64,000 nucleotides of DNA from Planctomycetota bacterium (GTDB taxonomy: Bacteria; Planctomycetota; UBA8108; SXIK01), in assembly GCA_965223845.1 (NCBI GenBank), contig CBDCXR010000004.1, forward strand, positions 4,096,001 to 4,160,000, in the 5' to 3' direction. This document shows, in pieces, positions 37,127 to 45,593 of the stretch. Positions within the stretch are counted from its first letter, which is position 1; each line of letters starts with the position of its first letter. The notes under the pieces are model-generated. The model saw only the letters and a list, made by a program, of their open reading frames with translations. It did no database searches and was not told where the DNA came from. The position numbers and the translations under genes are program-made.

Positions 37127-39508
37127 TTACCGGCCGGAGCGCGAGAACTCGAACCGGCGGACGTCGATCTCCTCGAGCGCCGAAGCTCCTTCGCGAACGC
37201 GGTACACGCGATCCGCGGCGACGTCTTTCCACTCGTCGACAGTGCCGCTCCCCGGCCAGCGCACCGTGAGCGAACGGATGCGCGCCGCGCGACCGAGTCC
37301 GATCTCCTGCTGGAGACTCGACGCACCGAAGCTACCCCCAGCCGAGACGAGCGAGTGAATCGTCCGGCGCCCACCGATCGCCGGGACGACCAGCTCGATG
37401 CGCGCACCGATTCCGTCGCGATTCGCGCGCACGCCTTCGAGGCGTAGCGTCACCCAGTGGTTCTCGTGTCCGGGGTTTTCGAAGAGCGCGTTTTGAAACG
37501 CGTCGCCCTCGTACGCTCCGCCGAAAACTGCGTACACGTCTTGATCGCCGTCGCCATCGATGTCGCCGAAGGCGATCCCGTGCCCCTTCTGAAGGTGTCC
37601 GAAGCCGCCTGCGGTGGTCACGTCGTCGAAGGTTTCGCCATCGCGGTTTCGAAACATTCGGTTCGGCATCAGAGCCGAGAGCGTCGGCTCGCCGGTCCCA
37701 AAGTAGGCGTCGAGGTAGCCGTCGCCATCGAGATCGCCGTAGTTCGCGCCCATCGCGATGAGGACGCGGTCGAGACGCGCTTCCGCGGTGACGTCCTCAA
37801 AAGTCCCGTCGCCTCCACCTCGGTAGAGGCGCGGCTTCGCGCCCGGATTCGCACGGCCGAGAGCATCGGCGGCGACATCCGCCACCGAGTCCTTCCAGCC
37901 GTAGGAAGCGACGAGGAGATCGAGATTTCCGTCGGCGTCGTAGTCCCAGAACCACGTGGGAAAGCTCGCGAGCGGCTCGGCGACACCGGCCGATTTCGTC
38001 ACATCGACAAACTGCCAGCGCCGAACGGATCCCGCGGCGCCGGCGACTCCGCGAGCGCGCGTCGCTGGTTCGGACTCTTCCGCGTCGGCCGGACCACCGT
38101 TTCGAAAGAGAACGTTGGGCGCGTCGAGAACGGAGAGGAAGAGGTCGGGACGGCCATCGTTGTCGATGTCGCCCGAGGCGACGCCCTTCACGAAACCGAC
38201 GTAATCGACACCTGCGAGCGACGCACACTCGGTGAACGTGCCGTCGCCGTTATTGTGAAAGAGCTCGCAGGGGTGTCGCTCGCCGTTTTGCGACTCGTTT
38301 CCGATGAACAGATCGAGCCAGCCGTCCCCGTCGTAGTCAACCCACGTCGCTGTTTGCGTCGGATGGTACGAGAGGACTCCGGCCTCGCGCGTGACGTCAT
38401 CGAAACTACCGTTCCCCCGGTTGCGGAGAAGCGAGTTGGGGTGGCGACCGTCTTCGCCCATCCACGCTCCGCGGAGAATGAAGAGGTCGAGATCGCCGTC
38501 GCCATCGTAGTCGGCGTGCACGAAGTTAAGTCCGCCGTTGATACCGTCGAAACCGGCGCGCGAGGAATCGTCGGCGAAGGCACCGTCGCCGCGATTGCGA
38601 AAGAACTTCAGCGGATCACGAAGCCCCCACGACGAGCAGACGATGTCGAGGAGCCCGTCGCCGTCGAAGTCGTCCATCGCGCTCCCACCCGACAGCCCGG
38701 CGACCGCGACACCCGCGGCCGGGGCGACGTCGACAAAGCGTTCGCACTTGCCCTCGGATTCCCAAATGCGCGGCGGAATCCGCCACTTCTCCGGGACGCG
38801 GTCCGGGTATTCACCGAGAGTCATGAACGCGAGGTTGAGGAGCCACATGGACGCGAGATCCTTCGCGTGGTGGCGGAGCGCCGCTTCGAGGTGCACGATC
38901 GCACCGCGCGATCCGCGGGATTCTCGATGAACGCCGCCGCCGCGAATCGGGACGAGACACGACTCGGCGGTGTGGTGCGCGATACAGTTCTCCTGCTCGG
39001 CGAGACGCAGGTGCGCGACGGCGAGAAGGTGCTGGAGCAGCCACTCGAGCGGCTCGCCCGGATGCGGAATCGACGGGAGAGCGGAGTTCGCCATCGTGAG
39101 GGATTCGATGGCGCCCGCAGTGTCGCCCGCGCGGAGAAGCTCTAGGCCGAGTGCGATGCGATCGTCGAGATCTTCGCGACTCCGCACTTCCGGCGCGATG
39201 CGAGAGCGTAGAAGAGCCGCCCGGGCACCGTTCAGGTAGATGTTCTCCTGCGGCCGCGCGGTGCGCGCGATGCGCGCGAGCTCCTCGACCATCCACTGAG
39301 TTCCCGGAGTCCGGGTGTGCGAGGTCGGATCCGCTGGCGCCGGCGATCGTCCGTCGTGCGCGCTCGGTGCGTTGTAGTAGACGACGGCGGCGCCGGCCGC
39401 GACGAGCGCAAGGATGGCGATGCTGAGAGACGCGGTACGGCGTGAGTTCACGTTTCGAGCTGGTCGAGCGAGGATCGTCCGAGAACCGTCCGCACCGGAG
39501 ACGGACAC
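37127..39508 (-). CDS. CRTAC1-family protein (FG-GAP/VCBS repeats plus ASPIC/UnbV domain)
   Basis: Repeated D(F/Y)DGDGxLD motifs, GHLQKGHG, C-terminal NRDGIGARI...GLG...VRWP; N-terminal TM and TPR-like helices. Start may be 39451. Confidence 0.88.
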   Translation of the reverse strand: MSVSGADGSRTILARPARNVNSRRTASLSIAILALVAAGAAVVYYNAPSAHDGRSPAPADPTSHTRTPGTQWMVEELARIARTARPQENIYLNGARAALLRSRIAPEVRSREDLDDRIALGLELLRAGDTAGAIESLTMANSALPSIPHPGEPLEWLLQHLLAVAHLRLAEQENCIAHHTAESCLVPIRGGGVHRESRGSRGAIVHLEAALRHHAKDLASMWLLNLAFMTLGEYPDRVPEKWRIPPRIWESEGKCERFVDVAPAAGVAVAGLSGGSAMDDFDGDGLLDIVCSSWGLRDPLKFFRNRGDGAFADDSSRAGFDGINGGLNFVHADYDGDGDLDLFILRGAWMGEDGRHPNSLLRNRGNGSFDDVTREAGVLSYHPTQTATWVDYDGDGWLDLFIGNESQNGERHPCELFHNNGDGTFTECASLAGVDYVGFVKGVASGDIDNDGRPDLFLSVLDAPNVLFRNGGPADAEESEPATRARGVAGAAGSVRRWQFVDVTKSAGVAEPLASFPTWFWDYDADGNLDLLVASYGWKDSVADVAADALGRANPGAKPRLYRGGGDGTFEDVTAEARLDRVLIAMGANYGDLDGDGYLDAYFGTGEPTLSALMPNRMFRNRDGETFDDVTTAGGFGHLQKGHGIAFGDIDGDGDQDVYAVFGGAYEGDAFQNALFENPGHENHWVTLRLEGVRANRDGIGARIELVVPAIGGRRTIHSLVSAGGSFGASSLQQEIGLGRAARIRSLTVRWPGSGTVDEWKDVAADRVYRVREGASALEEIDVRRFEFSRSGR

Positions 39509-39654
39509 GTCGGTTCGCGTGTGCGCTCTCGCGCGAACGACGCGGTCACGACCGGCGGCGATCGGCGGAAATCGCTACCGGCAGCGATAGTGTCCCACAC
39601 GTCGGTCGACGGTGCGATGCTCGAATCCCCGCCGCGGTGTTGAAGCGTGGAGCT

Positions 39655-40617
39655 CTATCGCGCCGGCGCCGGGCGAAGCCGGTACTGCGCGAGCGCTTTC
39701 CGCAGCAGCGTCGGATCGGCGGTGCCGTTGAGTGGTCCGTGCGCGCGGACGCAAAGGCCGCCCAGCGTGCAGCCGAGCGATACCGCCTCGGCCGGCCCCA
39801 AGCCCTGGAGTCGACCGGCGAGGTATCCCGCGACAAAGCTGTCGCCCGCGCCCGTCGTGTCGACGGCGTTGACGCGCGGCGCGGGAAGCGACTGTATCCC
39901 GCCCTGCCAGGAGACGAGCGCGCCCTTCTCGCCCTGCTTGACGACGACTTCCTGGACGCCGCGCTCGTGAAAGTAATTGAGCACGGAATCGCGCTCGGCG
40001 CGGCCGCTGATGAGGCACGCCTCGTGCTCGTTCATGAACGCGATCTCGACGAGCTCGAGGAGAGGGCGGTGCTCCTTGACGTGCTGAGCCGTGGCCGCGC
40101 GCCCGTTCCCGGACGCGCAGATGTCGAGTGTCACCTTGCGCTTCGACGTCTTGAGGAGGCGGACGAGCTCAGCCGCCTTGACGGGCCAGATCCCCGTGAG
40201 CCTCTCCGGCGCTGCGAGGTGGAACATCTCGCACGGAATCCGGTGAATATTCGGCGGGAACTGATAGTTGCGGTTCACACCCGGTTGAAAGATGCGGCGC
40301 TCGTTCCCGTCCGCGTCGATCTGGGTGAGCCCGACGGGGGTCGACTCGCCCGCGACGAGCCGGAGTCGCTTCGTGTCGACCTTCTCCGCCTGGAGGGAAC
40401 TCTTGATGTTCTGCCCCATGAAGTCGTCGCCGAGGACACCAACGACGGCCGTCGAAATGCCGAGTCGAGAAGCGACCGTGCTCGTGTGCACGGCCGCACC
40501 GCCCACGACGAGGTGGAAGAGATCTTCGACGACGGAGAGTCCGCCCGCGCCGGACGACTCGTAGTGCGGCACATGCAGCTCGACGCCGGCATTTCCGATC
40601 ACGACCAACTTTGCCAT
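39655..40617 (-). CDS. PfkB family carbohydrate kinase
   Basis: GG..H..A.RLG, G..GDDFMG, NEHE, VVKQGEKGA, DTTGAGDSF. Confidence 0.9.
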   Translation of the reverse strand: MAKLVVIGNAGVELHVPHYESSGAGGLSVVEDLFHLVVGGAAVHTSTVASRLGISTAVVGVLGDDFMGQNIKSSLQAEKVDTKRLRLVAGESTPVGLTQIDADGNERRIFQPGVNRNYQFPPNIHRIPCEMFHLAAPERLTGIWPVKAAELVRLLKTSKRKVTLDICASGNGRAATAQHVKEHRPLLELVEIAFMNEHEACLISGRAERDSVLNYFHERGVQEVVVKQGEKGALVSWQGGIQSLPAPRVNAVDTTGAGDSFVAGYLAGRLQGLGPAEAVSLGCTLGGLCVRAHGPLNGTADPTLLRKALAQYRLRPAPAR

Positions 40618-40900
40618 AGCAATTCGACCCCGTTCGGCTCTCGGACCGCGCGCCGACCGATCGCGGCTCTCTCACCGCCGGCACAGCGCCGCGAATCGAT
40701 CCCGGTCTCGCACCGGAGTTCCCGGCGTCATCCGGCCGTTCGCACGCGAACGAACCGGCTCTCTTAGCGAAGAGTACCATCGGGATCCAATCTCGGCCGG
40801 CGGAGACGTCTTCTTCCGAAAAAAGCGGTGAAACCGCACGTCGACTCGCGCGTCCATCCGTCCGAGAACTCGCTGGTGGCGTCCGCCCCACGCGCGTCGG

Positions 40901-40929
40901 TTGACTCGCGGCCGGCGCTCAACGAGAAT
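40901..40929 (+). promoter_or_regulatory. Putative sigma70-type promoter for the PspA-like/AAA unit
   Basis: TTGACT-17 nt-GAGAAT, ending 72 nt before the GTG at 41002. Confidence 0.4.
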
Positions 40930-41001
40930 CCGCTCTTGGCGTCAAGCATAGGCGCTTGTCGTACTTCCCTCTGACTTCCGCTTCTCTTCGAGGGTCCCGC
41001 C

Positions 41002-41835
41002 GTGTTCGCAGCCATCGGTCGCTACCTCCGCGCCTTCGGGTATCTGATCACTGGACGCATCGACGCCGCGCGCCGCACGCTCGCGCAGAGTCCCCACGTC
41101 ATCCGTGCGACGTACGACCGCGTCATCGAAGAAAAAACGAAACAGATCGGACAGTACAAAGAAGCCGTCGCGGGGATGATCGCTCAACAGGAGAAGAAGA
41201 TCAGTCGCGTGAAGACGCTCACGAGCGAGATCGAGAATCTGAACCAGCTGCGCGAAGGAGCGGCCGCAAAGGCGAAATCCGTCGTCGCCGAGCTCAAGGC
41301 GAAGGGCGTCTCGATGGAGGACATCAAGGCGAACGAGGAGTACATGCGCTGCTTGAGCGCGTTCAATGACTTTTCGCACTCCATCGAGGAAAAGACAGCC
41401 CACGCCTCCGAGTTCGAAGGGGACATCAACGAGCTCGGAGAGAACATCGGCGGGCACAAGGTTCAGCTCCAGCAACTTCTCCGCGACATCGAGAAGCTGA
41501 AGGAAGAGGCTCACCAGACCGTCGCCGACGTCATCACGGCGAAGGAGGAGCAGAAGATCGCCGACATGATTTCGGGGATCAGCGAAGACCGCTACTCGAA
41601 GGAGCTCCAGGAGCTCCGCGAGCTTCGCGACCAGCAGAAGGCGAAGGCCAGAATCTCTCGCGAAATCGCCGGAACGGACACGAAGCAGCAGGAGTCGGAG
41701 TTTCTCGAGTACGCTCGGAAGAGCGCGGCGTCCGACGAGTTCGATCGCCTGATCGGACTCGCCGACGAAGCGGAAAGCGAGACGAGCGAACCGGCCGAAG
41801 AGGCGAAGCGGCAGACACAGCTCCCCGAGGAGTAG
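41002..41835 (+). CDS. Divergent PspA/IM30/Vipp1 (ESCRT-III superfamily) protein
   Basis: Amphipathic N-helix, Pro at the helix-1 start (AQSP, compare EDP), EAVAGMIAQ, long coiled coils, ISGI...EIAG...EF...DEFDRL matching the Vipp1/PspA C-terminal pattern. Confidence 0.7.
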   Translation: MFAAIGRYLRAFGYLITGRIDAARRTLAQSPHVIRATYDRVIEEKTKQIGQYKEAVAGMIAQQEKKISRVKTLTSEIENLNQLREGAAAKAKSVVAELKAKGVSMEDIKANEEYMRCLSAFNDFSHSIEEKTAHASEFEGDINELGENIGGHKVQLQQLLRDIEKLKEEAHQTVADVITAKEEQKIADMISGISEDRYSKELQELRELRDQQKAKARISREIAGTDTKQQESEFLEYARKSAASDEFDRLIGLADEAESETSEPAEEAKRQTQLPEE

Positions 41836-41905
41836 CGAACGTCGGGCGGCGTCGAAGCGAGCACTGGCACGCGGCCGCGCCGCCTGCGCGAGCTAGACGT
41901 CACGA

Positions 41906-41943
41906 CTCGCCGCTTCCCTCACCGAATCGGGTGAGACATCCGG
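41906..41943 (+). repeat. Dispersed palindromic intergenic repeat, copy B
   Basis: CTCGCCGCTTCCCTCACCGAATCGGGTGAGACATCCGG; 33/38 identical to copy C; core hairpin CTCACC-N6-GGTGAG. Confidence 0.75.
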
Positions 41944-41961
41944 AAGAGGAATCGCACCACC

Positions 41962-43854
41962 GTGTCGGCACCACCGAGCTACGAATTCTTCAAGCAGCTC
42001 GCGCGCATCATCAATTCGGGACAGTCGCGCGGAGTCATCCTCCAGGGCAACGTCCAGGACCTCTATCACATCCCGGATCCCGTCTCCGAGCCGAGCGACG
42101 AGACGCGCGAATCCGAGACGGTTGTCGCCGCCCGCACGGGTGGGCGATACGCGCCTCTCGTCGAGTTTCTCTGCGAGAAGTGCCGCGTCGACGGCATCGT
42201 TCTCCTCGTCTACGAGATCAACGGTCCCGTGCGCGTCGTCAGCGAGAGCGATCGGCGGCAGCTTCGCGACGGTTGGGTCTCGTGGAAGAGTGGGATGGAA
42301 GCCGAGGAGATCGCGTTTCACAGCCTCGGCAGCCAGAAGCTCCGCAACGAACGGAACAGTCTCGAAGAAGAGTTCGATCGGAACTTCCACCGCTCGGTGG
42401 GGAAGCCGACGCTCGCGCTCGAGTTTCTCCGGCAGCTCGCGCTCTGCTCTCGGTCGCGGAGCCCGAAAGGGAAACCTCATATCGACGGGAATCTTCTCGT
42501 CATCATCGAAGCGGCGGATCTCCTCCTTCCCGTCGGAAGCGGCGACATCTCGAGCCTATCGCCGGTCGACCGACAGCGGGTGAGCATCGTCCACGACTGG
42601 TTCTCGGACCCGGGCTTCATGGACGCACACGACACGGTCGTCCTCCTCGCCGAGTCGTCGAGCAGCATCCATCCGCGCGTCGCCCGTCTCCCGCAGGTGC
42701 TCTCCGTCGAGGCGCCCGCGCCGGATCTCGCCTGCCGGCAGCACTACATCGAATGGTTCCTCGAGCGAACCCGCGCGGGGGACGAATCCGCCGCAGCGGA
42801 GCCGAAGCTGTGGGGAACGGTCGCGGATCTAGCCCGCTTCGCAGCCGGTCTCAGCATTCATGCGCTTCGCCAGCTCCTCATCGGCGCGGCTTACGCGGGA
42901 ACGCGACTCGAGCCGAACGATGTGATCGAGAAAGTCGAAGATTTCATCCGCCGGCAGATCGGCGACGACGTCGTCGAGTTCAAGAAACCGGAGCACACGC
43001 TCGACGATGTCGTGGGATTTCGGCGACTGAAGGAGTTCATCTCGGGCGAGCTCTTACCGCGCTTCAAGGCGAGTGACGCGCGCGCGCTCCCCGGCGCGGC
43101 AGTCGCCGGACCGATCGGCGGCGGAAAGACGTTTATCTTCGAGGCCGTCGCCGCGTCGCTCGACCTTCCGGTGCTCGTGCTCAAGAACATTCGCAGTCAG
43201 TGGTTCGGCCAGACGGACGTGATCTTCGAGCGACTCCGGCGCGTGCTCGAGGCACTCGTCAAGGCGGTGATCTTCGTCGACGAAGCGGACACGCAGTTCG
43301 GTGGCATCGGACCGGAGGTCCATGCAACGGAACGCCGACTCACGGCGCGCATTCAACAGATGATGTCCGATCCGACCCTCCGCGGACGGATGATCTGGCT
43401 TCTCATGACCGCGCGGATCCATCTCCTCTCGCCGGACATTCGCCGACCGGGGCGCGTCGGTGACTTGATCATTCCCGTGCTCGATCCGGCCGGCGAGGAT
43501 CGCCGCGACTTTCTGCGCTGGGTGCTCTCGAGCGTCCTCTCCGAAGACGTCACGGACGATGCGATCGACGACCTCGATTCGCTCACCGAAGGATATTCGG
43601 CGGCCGCGTTCGCTTCGCTCCGATCGCAGCTCAAGGCGAAAGCCGCCGAGGGGACGCTCACGTTCGACGACGTCCGCGCCGTCATCGCCGACCACCTCCT
43701 TCCCCCGATCGAGCTCACCCGGCGCTACCAGACTCTCCAAGCGCTCAGCAACTGCACGCGGCGGTCGCTCCTCCCCGACCCCGACATCGATGACGACGCT
43801 CGCTCTGAGTGGGAGCGTGAGCTCCGCGAGCTCGAAGCGCAGGGAATTCGCTGA
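41962..43854 (+). CDS. Two-domain AAA+ ATPase (SpoVK/Ycf46/Vps4-like), degenerate D1 and intact D2
   Basis: D1 remnants VILQGNVQD and IIEAAD; D2 Walker A GPIGGGKT, pore loop SQWFG, Walker B IFVDEAD, arginine finger IRRPGR. Confidence 0.88.
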   Translation: MSAPPSYEFFKQLARIINSGQSRGVILQGNVQDLYHIPDPVSEPSDETRESETVVAARTGGRYAPLVEFLCEKCRVDGIVLLVYEINGPVRVVSESDRRQLRDGWVSWKSGMEAEEIAFHSLGSQKLRNERNSLEEEFDRNFHRSVGKPTLALEFLRQLALCSRSRSPKGKPHIDGNLLVIIEAADLLLPVGSGDISSLSPVDRQRVSIVHDWFSDPGFMDAHDTVVLLAESSSSIHPRVARLPQVLSVEAPAPDLACRQHYIEWFLERTRAGDESAAAEPKLWGTVADLARFAAGLSIHALRQLLIGAAYAGTRLEPNDVIEKVEDFIRRQIGDDVVEFKKPEHTLDDVVGFRRLKEFISGELLPRFKASDARALPGAAVAGPIGGGKTFIFEAVAASLDLPVLVLKNIRSQWFGQTDVIFERLRRVLEALVKAVIFVDEADTQFGGIGPEVHATERRLTARIQQMMSDPTLRGRMIWLLMTARIHLLSPDIRRPGRVGDLIIPVLDPAGEDRRDFLRWVLSSVLSEDVTDDAIDDLDSLTEGYSAAAFASLRSQLKAKAAEGTLTFDDVRAVIADHLLPPIELTRRYQTLQALSNCTRRSLLPDPDIDDDARSEWERELRELEAQGIR

Positions 43855-43931
43855 CGCTCGCGACGTTGCCGGGTTGACTCCCCCCGCGGATCACTCGATC
43901 ATCGAAGCTAGGGCGGTCGAGCGCGGTCAGC

Positions 43932-43969
43932 CCGGAAGTCTCCCCGGATTCGGTGAGCGAAGTGGCGAG
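43932..43969 (-). repeat. Dispersed palindromic intergenic repeat, copy C (inverted relative to A and B)
   Basis: Reverse complement reads CTCGCCACTTCGCTCACCGAATCCGGGGAGACTTCCGG. Confidence 0.75.
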
Positions 43970-44100
43970 ACGCCGTACCGGGCCGTCTTCACGAAGGAGC
44001 CCGCTCCGGGCCGTGTTCGCAGCGTTCCGAGGATCGGCGCCGCGACGCATCCGATGCGCAACTCTCGTCTTACGGCGACGTAGTGAGGATGGGGTGAGAA

Positions 44101-45573
44101 ATGCGGGTTAGCGAACACCTACCTTCCCTCGACGGCGAGCACCCCACAGCGCCCTTACTGCGTCCGGCGACTCGGCGCGAGTTCTTCACGCGGTCGGGCG
44201 GCGGCTTCGGTGCCGTCGCTCTCGCGTGGCTCCTCCATGACGACGGCCGAGCCGCTCCGGACGATTCGTCGCCGCTGAGCGGACGAGCGGGCGCCTCACT
44301 CCACCACGCGCCACGGGCGAAGCGTGTGATCCATCTCTTCATGCACGGTGGTCCGAGCCACGTCGATCTCTTCGATCCGAAGCCCGCACTCGAACGGTAC
44401 GCGGGAAAGCCGCTGCCGGAGAGCTTCGGCGAAGTGATGACGCGACGGAAGGTCGCGAGCAATCCGCTTCTTCCCTCCGCTCGACCCTTCCGGCCGCGCG
44501 GCGAGTCAGGCCTAGAGATCAGCGATTTTCTTCCGCACATCGCGTCGTGCGCCGACGAAATCGCCCTTCTCCGCAGCTGTCACGGCGACAGCGTCAACCA
44601 TCCGCAGTCCGTGTACCAGATGAACACGGGAAGCACTCTGATGGGGAAGCCGAGCCTCGGGAGCTGGCTCAGCTACGGGCTGGGTACGGAGAACCGCGAC
44701 ATGCCGGCGTACGTCGTTCTCCCCGATCCGGGCGGTGCACCAAAGGGCGGACCGCCGGCTTGGGGAAGTGGATTCCTTCCGGCCGAACACCAGGGAACGC
44801 TCCTTCGTCCCGGTCCCGAGCCGCTCGCGCATCTCCGCCCGCCGCCGGCGCTCTCGCGCGTGGAGCAGCGCGCCGCGCTCGATCTCGCCCGCCGTCTCAA
44901 CAAGCGCCACCTCGCCGAGCGCGAGTTCGACCGCGATCTCGTCGCTCGCATCGAGGCGTACGAGCTCGCCTATCGAATGCAGAGCGCCGCGCCCGAGCTC
45001 GTCGCGATCGATCGCGAGAGCGCCGCGACGAAGCGGCTCTACGGGATCGACGAAAAGGAAACGCACGAATTCGGAGTGCGCTGTCTCCTCGCGCGAAGGC
45101 TCGTCGAACGCGGCGTTCGCTTCGTCCAGGTGTACTCCGGCGACACCGGCGGCTGGGACGCACACAAGAGCATCGAGAAGAACCACTCGCTCTACTGTCG
45201 CCGCACGGACCGGCCCGTCGCGGGACTCCTCCGCGACCTCGCCTCGCGCGGTCTTCTCGCCGACACGCTCGTGATATGGGGAGGTGAGTTCGGCCGCATG
45301 CCGATGAGCGAACAAGGAACGGGGCGCGACCACAATCCGTGGGGATACACGATTTGGATGGCGGGCGGCGGTGTGAGCGGAGGAATCGCCTACGGTGAGA
45401 CGGATGCCGTCGGTCTCCGCGCGACGGAGAATCCCGTCCACGTTCACGATCTCCACGCGACGGTCCTCCATCTCCTCGGGATCGACCACGAGCGCCTCAC
45501 CTTCCCGCACGCGGGTCGGGAGCAGCGCCTCACCGATGTCGCCGGGCGAGTCGTCCGCGAAATCCTCGCGTGA
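44101..45573 (+). CDS. DUF1501 domain protein (Tat-exported, sulfatase-like fold)
   Basis: TRREFF Tat motif; AKRVIHLFMHGGPSHVDLFDPKP, ARRLVERGVRFVQ, WDAH, GEFGR, GRDHNP. Confidence 0.92.
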   Translation: MRVSEHLPSLDGEHPTAPLLRPATRREFFTRSGGGFGAVALAWLLHDDGRAAPDDSSPLSGRAGASLHHAPRAKRVIHLFMHGGPSHVDLFDPKPALERYAGKPLPESFGEVMTRRKVASNPLLPSARPFRPRGESGLEISDFLPHIASCADEIALLRSCHGDSVNHPQSVYQMNTGSTLMGKPSLGSWLSYGLGTENRDMPAYVVLPDPGGAPKGGPPAWGSGFLPAEHQGTLLRPGPEPLAHLRPPPALSRVEQRAALDLARRLNKRHLAEREFDRDLVARIEAYELAYRMQSAAPELVAIDRESAATKRLYGIDEKETHEFGVRCLLARRLVERGVRFVQVYSGDTGGWDAHKSIEKNHSLYCRRTDRPVAGLLRDLASRGLLADTLVIWGGEFGRMPMSEQGTGRDHNPWGYTIWMAGGGVSGGIAYGETDAVGLRATENPVHVHDLHATVLHLLGIDHERLTFPHAGREQRLTDVAGRVVREILA

Positions 45574-45593
45574 GGGGAAGGAAGGACGCCACG

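Noticed and set aside
41864-41880. Possible sigma54 promoter (CTGGCACG) upstream of the AAA ATPase
   Set aside because: The -24 element is perfect, but there is no GC at the required GG-N10-GC spacing (GC falls at N9 and N11) and no TTGC.
41002-43854. Anti-phage defence system reading of the coiled-coil plus ATPase pair
   Set aside because: No nuclease or other effector motifs, no defence-island or mobile context, and the ATPase is classic-clade AAA rather than SMC, STAND or ABC type.
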